Assembly (NCBI GenBank): GCA_041611735.1
Contig: JBFIML010000010.1
Coordinates: 1-64,000, forward strand
DNA: 64,000 nt
Direction: 5' to 3'
Origin: Myxococcota bacterium
GTDB lineage: Bacteria; Myxococcota_A; UBA9160; PR03
Position 1 is the first letter of the stretch. Every line of letters starts with the position of its first letter. Below the pieces are notes generated by a model. That model saw only the letters and a list, made by a program, of their open reading frames with translations, did not search any database and was not told where the DNA came from. The translations under genes were made by a program, and so were the position numbers. Positions 47,454 through 55,927 of the stretch are shown here, in pieces.

Positions 47454-48938
47454 ATGGCGATCCCCAAGGTGATGGGAACGGAGATCGAATACGGGATCAC
47501 CGTCAAGAACGACCGCGATTTCGACCCCATCTCGAGCTGTGTGCTGCTGGTCAACTCCTACCGGGAGGAGACGGCCGGGCAGATCCTGTGGGACTACGAC
47601 CAGGAGAATCCGCTGGCGGACGCCCGCGGCTTCCAGGTGGAGGGGGAGAAGTACACCCCCAACCAGCAGGAGAACATCGCGCGCAACAAGACGCTCGTGA
47701 ATGGGGCGCGCTACTACGTCGACCACGCCCATCCCGAGTACTCCTGCCCCGAGGTCACCAACCCCCGCGATCTGGTCGTGCACGAGAAGGCCGGCGAGCG
47801 CATCGTGGAGCTCTCGCGGCGCGAGGCCAGCCGGGTGCTCCCGCCGGGCAGTCAGATGCTCATCTACAAGAACAACAGCGATCGCAAGGGAAACAGCTAC
47901 GGCTGCCACGAGAACTACTTGATGGACCGCCGCACGTCCTTCAAGCAGATCGTGGAGCATCTGATGCCATTCCTGGTGACCCGGCAGTTGTACACGGGAG
48001 CCGGAAAGGTGGGCAGCGAGAACCGGGCGCAGCCCTGCGAGTACCAGCTCTCGCAGCGTGCGGACTTCTTCGAGACCGAGGTGGCGCTCGACACCATGGT
48101 GAAGCGCCCCATCATCAATACGCGTGACGAACCCCACGCGGACCGCGAGAAGTACCGCCGGCTGCACGTGATCGTGGGCGACTCGAACATGAGTGAGTTC
48201 ACGATCTACCTGCGCAACGGCGCCACCGCGATCGTGCTTTCCATGATCGAGGACGGCGCGATCACCCGGGACCTCTCCCTCCACGACCCCGTGCGCGCGA
48301 TCAAGGAGGTCTCCCACGACGTCGCCTGCCGACGCCCCCTCGAACTCGCCAACGGAAAGCGTATGACCGCCGTGCAGATCCAGGCCGAGTACCTGGCCAT
48401 GGCGCACCGCTACGTGGCCGGGCGCCCCCAGGAACCCTGGGTCTCCGAGGTCCTGCAGAAGTGGGAGCGGGTGCTCGACGCCCTGGCCCGGGATCCCATG
48501 GAGCTCGCCGGCGAGATCGACTGGGTGATCAAGCACGCGATGATCCGGGGCTTCATGGAGCGCAAGGGGCTCGACTGGGGCTCCTCCCAGGTCCAGATGC
48601 TCGACCTCCAGTACCACGACCTGCGTCCCGACAAGGGGCTGTACTATCTTCTGGAACGCCAGGGGAAGGTCGAGCGCATCGTCGAGGACGACCAGATCCG
48701 CCGCGCCATCCACGAGCCGCCCGAGGACACGCGGGCGTATTTCCGGGGCTCCTGCCTCAAGCGCTTCGGATCGGAGGTCTTCGGTGTGAACTGGGACTCG
48801 ATCTCGTTCGGCATCGGAGACGAGCCGATCAAGCGCGTCCTCATGGTCGAGCCCCTCAAGGGCTCGAAGACGCACGTGGAGGAGCTCCTGGCCCGGTCGC
48901 CGACCGCGGCGGATCTCGTCCGGAACCTGAGGGCCTGA
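47454..48938 (+). CDS. dop: Pup deamidase/depupylase Dop
   Basis: MGTEIEYGI, WDY, NGARYYVDHAHPEYS, SQRADFFE, INTRDEPHAD and PPEDTRAYFRG motifs. Confidence 0.95.
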   Translation: MAIPKVMGTEIEYGITVKNDRDFDPISSCVLLVNSYREETAGQILWDYDQENPLADARGFQVEGEKYTPNQQENIARNKTLVNGARYYVDHAHPEYSCPEVTNPRDLVVHEKAGERIVELSRREASRVLPPGSQMLIYKNNSDRKGNSYGCHENYLMDRRTSFKQIVEHLMPFLVTRQLYTGAGKVGSENRAQPCEYQLSQRADFFETEVALDTMVKRPIINTRDEPHADREKYRRLHVIVGDSNMSEFTIYLRNGATAIVLSMIEDGAITRDLSLHDPVRAIKEVSHDVACRRPLELANGKRMTAVQIQAEYLAMAHRYVAGRPQEPWVSEVLQKWERVLDALARDPMELAGEIDWVIKHAMIRGFMERKGLDWGSSQVQMLDLQYHDLRPDKGLYYLLERQGKVERIVEDDQIRRAIHEPPEDTRAYFRGSCLKRFGSEVFGVNWDSISFGIGDEPIKRVLMVEPLKGSKTHVEELLARSPTAADLVRNLRA

Positions 48939-48960
48939 TCCAGGGCCCGGGAGAGTCGCG

Positions 48961-49221
48961 ATGCAACGCCACACCAACCCCCCTGCTCGCCCTACCGCGG
49001 GATGGCTTCCGATCTTCGCGGCTGCCGACTCCCAGCAGAAGCAGAAGCCGAGACGCGGCGGTGGCGAGGGCGAGGCCGAGAGCGAGGGCGGCCAGAAGCT
49101 CGCCAAGAAGGGCGAGGAACTCAAGGAAGAGATGGACGCACTGATCGACGAGATCGACGAGGTCCTCGAGGAGAACGCCGAGGAGTTCGTCAAGAACTAC
49201 GTCCAGCGCGGCGGCCAGTAG
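48961..49221 (+). CDS. pup: Prokaryotic ubiquitin-like protein Pup (Gln-terminated)
   Basis: DALIDEIDEVLEENAEEFVKNYVQRGGQ*; located between dop and prcB. Confidence 0.95.
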   Translation: MQRHTNPPARPTAGWLPIFAAADSQQKQKPRRGGGEGEAESEGGQKLAKKGEELKEEMDALIDEIDEVLEENAEEFVKNYVQRGGQ

Positions 49222-49252
49222 CCGGCTTCCGGAGACCGAAGAGGGGGGTTCG

Positions 49253-50038
49253 GTGCTCTTCCAGGGCAAGTACGGTGGGTCCAGCTTTCGCGAGCTGATC
49301 GAAACCGACTTCCCGCAGCTCCTTCCGGCGCTGCGGGGGGAGCCGGGTCGAGCGCTCCCGAGCGTCCCGCACGGCACCACCGTGCTCGCGCTCAAGTACG
49401 GTGACGGAGTGCTGGTCGGCGGCGACCGACTCGCCACCGAGGGCTACCGCGTCGCCTCCCGAGACATCCAGAAGGTCTACGCCACGGACGCGCATTCCCT
49501 CATCGCGATTTCGGGGGCGGCGGGACCCAGCATCGAGATGGCCCGTCTGCTGCGCATCGAGCTCGAGCACTACGAGAAGATCGAGGGGGAGGCCCTCGAG
49601 CTCGAGGGCAAGGCCAACAAGCTCTCCCAGATGGTGCGTGCCAACCTGCCCGCCGCCATGCAGGGTCTCGTGGTCGTTCCCATCTTCGCCGGCTACGACC
49701 TGCGCCGGAGCACCGGCCGGCTGTGGAAGTACGACGTGACCGGAGGCCGCTACGAGGAGGCGGAGTACGATGCCTCCGGGAGTGGTGGACTGTTCGCACG
49801 CGACTCGCTCAAGAAGAGCTGGCGGCCGGGCCTTTCGCGGGAAGAGGCGTTGCGAAACGGCATCCAGGCCCTCGTAGATGCGGCCGACGAGGATCGGGCC
49901 ACCGGGGGGGTGGACCTGCTGCGGGGCATCTTCCCCACCGTGAACCTCTGCACCGAGCAGGGCATCGAGGACGTATCCGAAGACGAACTGCGGCGGGTCT
50001 ACGAGCAGGCCATGGCTCCGCGGCGCGCTGCGGAGTAG
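49253..50038 (+). CDS. prcB: 20S proteasome beta subunit
   Basis: SSF-containing propeptide of about 41 aa, HG|TTV cleavage site, GDR.AT, ELEHYEKIEG, SGSGG and D.ATGG. Confidence 0.96.
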   Translation: MLFQGKYGGSSFRELIETDFPQLLPALRGEPGRALPSVPHGTTVLALKYGDGVLVGGDRLATEGYRVASRDIQKVYATDAHSLIAISGAAGPSIEMARLLRIELEHYEKIEGEALELEGKANKLSQMVRANLPAAMQGLVVVPIFAGYDLRRSTGRLWKYDVTGGRYEEAEYDASGSGGLFARDSLKKSWRPGLSREEALRNGIQALVDAADEDRATGGVDLLRGIFPTVNLCTEQGIEDVSEDELRRVYEQAMAPRRAAE

Positions 50039-50044
50039 CCGCCC

Positions 50045-50743
50045 ATGTCGATGCCGTTCTACGTCTCTCCCGAGCAGTGGATGCAGGACAAGGCGGAGTA
50101 CGCCCGCAAGGGCATCGCCCGCGGCCGGTCGCTCATCGCCCTGGAGTACCAGGCCGGCATCCTGCTGATCGCCGAGAACCCGTCGAGCTTGTCGAAGATC
50201 GGTGAGATCTACGATCGCATCGCCTTCGCGGGCGTGGGCAAGTTCAGCGAATTCGACCAGCTGCGCAAGATCGGCGTGCGCTACTGCGACGTGAAGGGCT
50301 ACGCCTACAGCCGGGAGGACGTGCGCGCCAAGGCGCTGGCCAACGCCTACTCCCAGGCGATCGGTGACGTCTTCACGCGCGAGCTCAAGCCGCTCGAGGT
50401 CGAGGTGATCGTGGCGGAGGTGGGCAACGACGAGCTGGTGGGTCAGGAACGCAACGCGATCTTCCGCGTGCAGTTCGACGGCAGCATCTCGGACCATGAG
50501 GGCCATTGCGTGATCGGGGGCAGCGTGGAGAACCTCCAGGGCCACCTCCAGGGCCACTACCGCGCTGATCTACCCCTCGGGGAAGCCGTGCGCCTGGGGC
50601 GCGACGCGCTGGCTCAGGCAGGCGGAGGTCACGCGGGGCTCGCCCCCGAGAACCTCGAGGTGTGCGTGCTCGATCGCTCGCGTCCCGGCCGAAAGTTCCG
50701 GCGCCTTCCCGCCGAAGAAGTACGAGGTATGCTAGGCGGCTGA
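50045..50743 (+). CDS. prcA: 20S proteasome alpha subunit
   Basis: PFYVSPEQ.M.DKAEYARKGIARGRS, KI.EIYDRIAFA, YSREDV and KPLEVE motifs. Confidence 0.96.
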   Translation: MSMPFYVSPEQWMQDKAEYARKGIARGRSLIALEYQAGILLIAENPSSLSKIGEIYDRIAFAGVGKFSEFDQLRKIGVRYCDVKGYAYSREDVRAKALANAYSQAIGDVFTRELKPLEVEVIVAEVGNDELVGQERNAIFRVQFDGSISDHEGHCVIGGSVENLQGHLQGHYRADLPLGEAVRLGRDALAQAGGGHAGLAPENLEVCVLDRSRPGRKFRRLPAEEVRGMLGG

Positions 50744-50773
50744 GGGCCGGGGAAGCCGGCTGCGCCGGAACGC

Positions 50774-52183
50774 GTGGTGCAAAAACGAATCTACGGTCTG
50801 GAGACCGAATACGGGATCATCTTCACGCCCGAGGGCCGCAAGACGCTGCCCGTCGAGAAGGCGATCCGTTTCCTTTTCGAGAAGCTGATCACCACCGAGC
50901 ACTTCCTCAACGTCTTCCTCGAGAACGGCGCGCGCTTCTACCAGGACACGGGCTGCCACCCGGAGTACGCCACGCCGGAATGCGCCTCGCCTCGCCAGCT
51001 GCTCGTGTACGACAAGGCCGGCGAGCGCATCCTGGAGGAGCTCCAGGACTACGCCGAGGAGAAGATCCGCGAGGAGCGCATCGCGGGCAAGCTCTCGATC
51101 TTCAAGAACAACACCGACTTCGTGGGCAACAGCTACGGCTGCCACGAGAACTACCTGGTCGACCGGGATGTAGACTTCTACTACCTGGCCGAGCAGCTGA
51201 TTCCGTTCCTGGTGACCCGCCAGATCTACACGGGTGCCGGCAAGGTCTTCCAGACCCAGGACGGCGTGCACTACTGCATCAGCCAGCGCGCCCAGCACAT
51301 CTACCAGAAGATCTCTGGCACCACGACGAACGATCGCTCCATCATCAACACGCGCGACGAGCCGCACGCGGACCGCGAGAAGTACCGGCGCCTCCACGTG
51401 ATCGTGGGCGACTCGAACATGAGCGAATACACGAACTTCATCAAGATCGGGACGTGCGCCGTCGTGCTGCAGATGATCGAGGACAACTTCATCAACAAGG
51501 ACTTCACCCTGCGCAATCCGGTGAAGGCGATCAAGGACATCTCGTACGACACCACCTGCAAGCGTCGACTGCGCCTGGACAACGGCCGGGAGTATTCGCC
51601 GATCGAGATCCAGCGCGAGTACTGCGAGATGGCCCAGCGCTACCTGGAGCAGTATCCGGTCAGCGACGAGCTACGCGATTCGGTCGTCGAATGGCAGTAC
51701 GTGCTCGACTGCCTGGACACGGATCCCAACCGACTGTCGAGACAGATCGATTGGGTGATCAAGCGGCAGATGATCGAATCGTACCTGGGGAGCCGGGGCA
51801 CGACCTGGAACGATCCTCGCGTCTTCATGCTCGATCTCCAGTTTCACGACATCCGCGTGAGCCGCGGGCTCTTCTATCTGCTGGAGCGCAAGGAGGCGGC
51901 GGACCGGCTGCTGAACGACGACGAGGTCATGAAGGCCAAGACCGAGCCGCCGCCCGACACGCGGGCCAAGATGCGGGGCGAGTTCATCAAGCTCGCGCGC
52001 CAGAACGCGATCCAGTACGACCTGGACTGGTCGAACATCCGCCTCGGCAACCTGCTCAACGTGCGCGTGATCTGCAACAACCCCTTCGAGACCGATACGG
52101 AGAAGGTCGCGGAGCTGGTGCGGACGATCCAGAAGACGAACCTGCGCAAGACGAGCCTCTCGAAGCTGGTGATCCAGTCGTGA
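50774..52183 (+). CDS. pafA: Pup--protein ligase PafA
   Basis: RIYGLETEYG, NVFLENGARFY.D.G.HPEYATPEC, KNNTD..GNSYGCHENY, SQRA.HI and TRAKMRG.F motifs. Confidence 0.95.
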   Translation: MVQKRIYGLETEYGIIFTPEGRKTLPVEKAIRFLFEKLITTEHFLNVFLENGARFYQDTGCHPEYATPECASPRQLLVYDKAGERILEELQDYAEEKIREERIAGKLSIFKNNTDFVGNSYGCHENYLVDRDVDFYYLAEQLIPFLVTRQIYTGAGKVFQTQDGVHYCISQRAQHIYQKISGTTTNDRSIINTRDEPHADREKYRRLHVIVGDSNMSEYTNFIKIGTCAVVLQMIEDNFINKDFTLRNPVKAIKDISYDTTCKRRLRLDNGREYSPIEIQREYCEMAQRYLEQYPVSDELRDSVVEWQYVLDCLDTDPNRLSRQIDWVIKRQMIESYLGSRGTTWNDPRVFMLDLQFHDIRVSRGLFYLLERKEAADRLLNDDEVMKAKTEPPPDTRAKMRGEFIKLARQNAIQYDLDWSNIRLGNLLNVRVICNNPFETDTEKVAELVRTIQKTNLRKTSLSKLVIQS

Positions 52184-52560
52184 GCCCGGCGGAGGATCGC
52201 CCGCGGCTCGTGGCCGTCCCCGGGAGCCCGGAGCCGGCCGCGCCGGAGGCCCCGGCCCCCGGGGTGGGGGGCGCTGGCCGCGCTCCCTGGGTGCTGAGCG
52301 CGCTGCTGGCGCTGGCGCTCCTGATCTCCTTCGTGGCCCTGGTGCGCCAGGTCCAGCAGACCCGCGGGCTCGAGGCCCGGGTGGAGGACCTGAGCGCGGC
52401 CCTGGGCGGCGCCGAGGCCGAGATCGAGGCGCGTCGCCTCCACCTGGATGCGGTGCGCGGGGAGGTCACCCGGGTGGGCGAGGCCCTCGGTGCCCTGGCG
52501 GAGCTGGTGACCCGGGACCCGGCGCCGGCCCCCCCCACGCGGCCGCCCGCAGTCGACTGA
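52180..52560 (+). CDS. Hypothetical single-TM coiled-coil protein coupled to pafA
   Basis: GTGA overlap with the pafA stop; Pro-rich N-terminus, TM WVLSALLALALLISFVALV, heptad-rich C-terminus. Confidence 0.7.
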   Translation: MSPAEDRPRLVAVPGSPEPAAPEAPAPGVGGAGRAPWVLSALLALALLISFVALVRQVQQTRGLEARVEDLSAALGGAEAEIEARRLHLDAVRGEVTRVGEALGALAELVTRDPAPAPPTRPPAVD

Positions 52561-52600
52561 GCCGCCCCCGGGAGCCCGCCCGGGTCCCTCGACTTTCCCC

Positions 52601-52626
52601 TCAATCTCTTCCGCCGGCAACCCGAT
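52601..52626 (+). promoter_or_regulatory. sigma28-like promoter candidate for mreB
   Basis: TCAAT-N15-CCCGAT(A). Confidence 0.4.
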
Positions 52627-52678
52627 ACGTCCCCCGACGGCACGCCCGGGTGGCGCGCCGCCAGCGGAGAGCGCGGCC

Positions 52679-53713
52679 ATGTTCAGCTCGCTCGCGGGCC
52701 TCTTCTCCAACGACCTCGCCATCGACCTCGGCACCGCGAATACGCTGGTGTACGCCCGGGGCAAGGGGGTCGTCTGCTCGGAGCCGAGCGTCGTGGCGGT
52801 CGCCAAGGACCCGAACGGCCGCGGGGAGCGGGTCCTGGCGGTCGGCAACGAGGCGAAGGCCATGCTCGGGCGCACGCCCCACGGCATCCGCGCCATCCGC
52901 CCCATCAAGGACGGGGTCATCGCCGATTTCGAAGTCACCGAGGCGATGCTCCGCTACTTCATCCACCGGGCCCACAACCGCTCCAAGCTCGTACGCCCGC
53001 GCATCGTGATCTGCGTGCCGCCCTGCATCACGAGCGTGGAGAAGCGTGCGGTGCGCGAGTCGGCGCTCTCGGCCGGGGCGCGCGAGGTCTTCCTGATCGA
53101 AGAGCCCATGGCGGCCGCCATCGGGGCCGGACTCGACGTGACTGCCCCCAGCGGGAACATGGTCTGCGACATCGGCGGTGGCACCACCGACGTGGCCGTC
53201 ACCTCCCTGGCCGGCATCGTGGCCTCGCGCTCCGTCCGCTGCGGCGGCGACAAGATGGACGAGGCGATCATCCAGTACGTGAAGCGGAAGTACAACGTCC
53301 TGATCGGTGAGCGCACCGCCGAGGACGTCAAGATGACGATCGCCACGGCCTCGCCGCACGGCAAGACCCAGACCATGGAGATCAAGGGGCGCGATCTGGT
53401 GGCCGGCATTCCGAAGGTGGTGGTGGCCACCAGCGAGGAGATCTACGAGGCGCTGATCGAGCCGATCAGCACGATCGTAGAGACCGTGCATCTCACCCTC
53501 GAGCGGACGCCGCCCGAGCTCGCCGCGGACATCGTGGATCGCGGCATCATGCTGGTGGGCGGGGGCTCCCTGCTGCGGGACCTGGACCGGGTGCTACGCG
53601 AGGAGACCAAGCTCCCCATCCTGCGCAGCGACGATCCGTTCACGGCGGTGGTCCACGGGGCCGGCCGGGCCCTGGAGGACCTGGCCCTGCTGCGCCAGGT
53701 GGCCCTGGTCTGA
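52679..53713 (+). CDS. mreB: Rod shape-determining actin homolog MreB (no adjacent mreC/mreD)
   Basis: DLAIDLGTANT, RPIKDGVIADF, EEPMAAAIGAG, DIGGGTT and TPPELAADI motifs. Confidence 0.95.
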   Translation: MFSSLAGLFSNDLAIDLGTANTLVYARGKGVVCSEPSVVAVAKDPNGRGERVLAVGNEAKAMLGRTPHGIRAIRPIKDGVIADFEVTEAMLRYFIHRAHNRSKLVRPRIVICVPPCITSVEKRAVRESALSAGAREVFLIEEPMAAAIGAGLDVTAPSGNMVCDIGGGTTDVAVTSLAGIVASRSVRCGGDKMDEAIIQYVKRKYNVLIGERTAEDVKMTIATASPHGKTQTMEIKGRDLVAGIPKVVVATSEEIYEALIEPISTIVETVHLTLERTPPELAADIVDRGIMLVGGGSLLRDLDRVLREETKLPILRSDDPFTAVVHGAGRALEDLALLRQVALV

Positions 53714-53793
53714 AGCCCGGTGCTTCGGTCGGGCGCCTTGCCAGCGGCGTGTCTCGACTCCGATGATCCGCACCGAATCTCTGGGACGGGAAA

Positions 53794-54402
53794 CTAGGGT
53801 CCCATCAGGCCGGCCAGGGCGAGCTGCATGACCAGCGCCACGTCGCCCTCCAGCTGCACCCGTCCAGCCAGAAAGGCCGCCTGGGGCTCGAGCCGTCCCT
53901 CCCGCAGCTCCCGGAAGGTCTCGGCGTCCACGCGGATGCGGGCGTCCGGCTCCGCCGGTGGGGCGACGCCCCCCAGGTGCACCAGGACGCCGAAGCCCGC
54001 CTCGCCGGTCACGTCGACGCGCAGCGTGCCGCGTACCGAGGCGATCCGCTCGACCCGGGACGCGGTGAGCGGAGCCGGGCCGGCCAGACCGGGCAGGGTC
54101 GAGATCAGCGCCAGCGGCTCCTGCTCCATCTCGCCCAGCAGGCGCTCGAAGTCGGCCAGCTCCTGCACGAACGTCACGAACGGCGGTCGTGCCGGCGCCT
54201 CGCCCCCGGACATGTGGCCCGCCTCGATGTTCAGGTAGAAGGTCCCGCCTCCTTCGCCCGCCAGGTCCACGCGAACGGTCGCGGCCAGTTCGCCCAGGGC
54301 CGCCCGGCCCGCGTCGCCGCCGGCCTCCTCGCCGAGCAGGCGGTTGAAGCGCGCCGGCAGGTGCTCGATCAGGAACCGGCGCGGGTCGATCCGGCCACTC
54401 AC
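53794..54402 (-). CDS. SCP2 sterol/lipid-binding domain protein
   Basis: VDLAGEGGGTFYL and LEPQAAFLAGRVQLEGD motifs; GTG overlaps the mltG stop. Confidence 0.8.
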   Translation of the reverse strand: MSGRIDPRRFLIEHLPARFNRLLGEEAGGDAGRAALGELAATVRVDLAGEGGGTFYLNIEAGHMSGGEAPARPPFVTFVQELADFERLLGEMEQEPLALISTLPGLAGPAPLTASRVERIASVRGTLRVDVTGEAGFGVLVHLGGVAPPAEPDARIRVDAETFRELREGRLEPQAAFLAGRVQLEGDVALVMQLALAGLMGP

Positions 54403-55427
54403 GGCGTCCGGCGCCGCTGGAAGCGGTCCACCTTGGCGCTGTGCTCGGCGAAGCTGCGCGAGAAGTCGTGGGTGCCGTCGTTGCGGGACACGAAGTAGAG
54501 GAATTCGCTCTCGGCGGGGTGCACCACCGCCCGCAGGGCCTCCCGGCCCGGGTTCGCGATGGGCGTCGGGGGCAGGCCGGCGATTCGATAGGTGTTCCAG
54601 GGGTTCTCCGCGTCCTCCAGGTGCACCCGGCGCAAGTTCCCGTCGAAGTCGGAGATGCCGTAGATCACCGTCGGGTCCGACTCGAGCCGCATGCCGCGCT
54701 CCAATCGGTTGCGAAACACCGATGCGATCAGCGGCCGCTCGTGCGGTGCGCCGGTCTCCTTCTCCACGATCGAGGCGAGTGTCACGACCTGACGCATGCC
54801 GAGCCCCTGGCGGACGGCCTCCTCGGCGAGCGGGCTCCAGACGCGGTGGAACTGGTCCACCAGCACGCGCACCACGTCGGCGGTGGAGAGACCCCGGGGC
54901 AGCCGGTAGGTCTCGGGGAAGAGGTAGCCTTCGAGGGTCTCGCCCTCGACCCCGTAGGCCGGGGGCGCGGCCGGGTCGCGCACCAGGCGCACGAAGGCCC
55001 GCCGGTCCACGAGCTCTGCCTGCGCCAGGCGGCCCGCGATCTCCGCGGCGGTGAGCCCCTCCGGCAGCACGACCTCGTGGGTCTTCACCGCGCCCCGGGC
55101 GATGCGCCCGAGGATCGCCTCCGACGACATGCGCGGCGAGAGCTCGTACTCCCCGGCCCGCATGCCGCTCTCGTAGCCACGCAGGCGGGCCAGCCAGACG
55201 ACGGCCCGGGCGCTGCGTACGAGGCCCTCCCGCTCCAGCTCGCGCGCCACCGTCCGCAGGCCGGCGCCCGAGCGCACCTCGAAGAGCCGGGCTTCGCCGC
55301 CGGGGTTCCGGGGAGCCACCATGCGGCTCCACGCGAGACCCGCCCCGGTCACCACCAGGAAGACCGCGAGCAGGCCCCCGACCGCGAGCGCCGCGGTGCG
55401 GCGGGCTCTCTCGGCGTCCTCGCTCAC
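54399..55427 (-). CDS. mltG: Endolytic transglycosylase MltG
   Basis: LPEG, LEGYLFPETY, LASIVEKE, LESDPT, NTY..GLPPTPI.NPG and LYFV motifs. Confidence 0.95.
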   Translation of the reverse strand: MSEDAERARRTAALAVGGLLAVFLVVTGAGLAWSRMVAPRNPGGEARLFEVRSGAGLRTVARELEREGLVRSARAVVWLARLRGYESGMRAGEYELSPRMSSEAILGRIARGAVKTHEVVLPEGLTAAEIAGRLAQAELVDRRAFVRLVRDPAAPPAYGVEGETLEGYLFPETYRLPRGLSTADVVRVLVDQFHRVWSPLAEEAVRQGLGMRQVVTLASIVEKETGAPHERPLIASVFRNRLERGMRLESDPTVIYGISDFDGNLRRVHLEDAENPWNTYRIAGLPPTPIANPGREALRAVVHPAESEFLYFVSRNDGTHDFSRSFAEHSAKVDRFQRRRTP

Positions 55428-55867
55428 GGGTGCTCCGTGCCGGGCGCGGCCCGGCGCGAGCGCTCGAGATGGGTCTGGAGCAGGATCGTCGCGGCCGCCG
55501 CGTCCAGGCGGCCCGGCTCGCGCCGCCGGGTCCCGGCGCCGTCGGCCTCGCGCAGGGCCCGCTCCGCCTCCCGGGTCGTCCAGCGTTCGTCGAGGAGCTC
55601 CACGGGCCGCCCGGTCGTGGTCTCGAGCTCCCGGGCGAAGCGCTCGGCGGCCAGGGCCTCGGGTCCACGGCGGCCGTTCATGTGCATCGGGAGGCCGACC
55701 ACGATGGCCTCGATGGCGCGCTCCTCGACGAGGGCCCGCAGCGCTGCAAGATCCCGGCGCTTGCCGCGCCGCAGGAGCCAGCCCGCGGGGAAGGCGATCC
55801 GACCCGCGGCGTCCGAGACTGCGAGCCCGATGCGCCGGGTGCCGAGATCGAGTCCGAGCAGCCGCAT
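55424..55867 (-). CDS. ruvX: YqgF/RuvX RNase H-like nuclease
   Basis: LGLDLGTRRIGLAVSD, VVGLP, DERWTT and D..AA.ILLQ motifs. Confidence 0.95.
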   Translation of the reverse strand: MRLLGLDLGTRRIGLAVSDAAGRIAFPAGWLLRRGKRRDLAALRALVEERAIEAIVVGLPMHMNGRRGPEALAAERFARELETTTGRPVELLDERWTTREAERALREADGAGTRRREPGRLDAAAATILLQTHLERSRRAAPGTEHP

Positions 55868-55927
55868 GCCCAGGGAAAGCTAGTGCAGGGCGTGGCCCCC
55901 CGGAAGGGAGCGCCCCGGGGATCCGGA

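Noticed and set aside
48961-49221. UBact instead of Pup
   Set aside because: The C-terminus EENAEEFVKNYVQRGGQ matches Pup rather than the R(S/T)G(E/Q) ending of UBact.
48111-51427. Identical 29-aa block IINTRDEPHADREKYRRLHVIVGDSNMSE in Dop (48111-48197) and PafA (51341-51427) as recent gene conversion or misassembly
   Set aside because: The DNA differs at about nine synonymous codons and this is the conserved catalytic core of the paralogous family, so selection explains it.
569-53803. Shared TGGGACGGGAA...GTCCC mini-hairpins near 569 and 53782
   Set aside because: Only 11 identical bases in two copies; too weak to call a repeat family without a genome-wide count.
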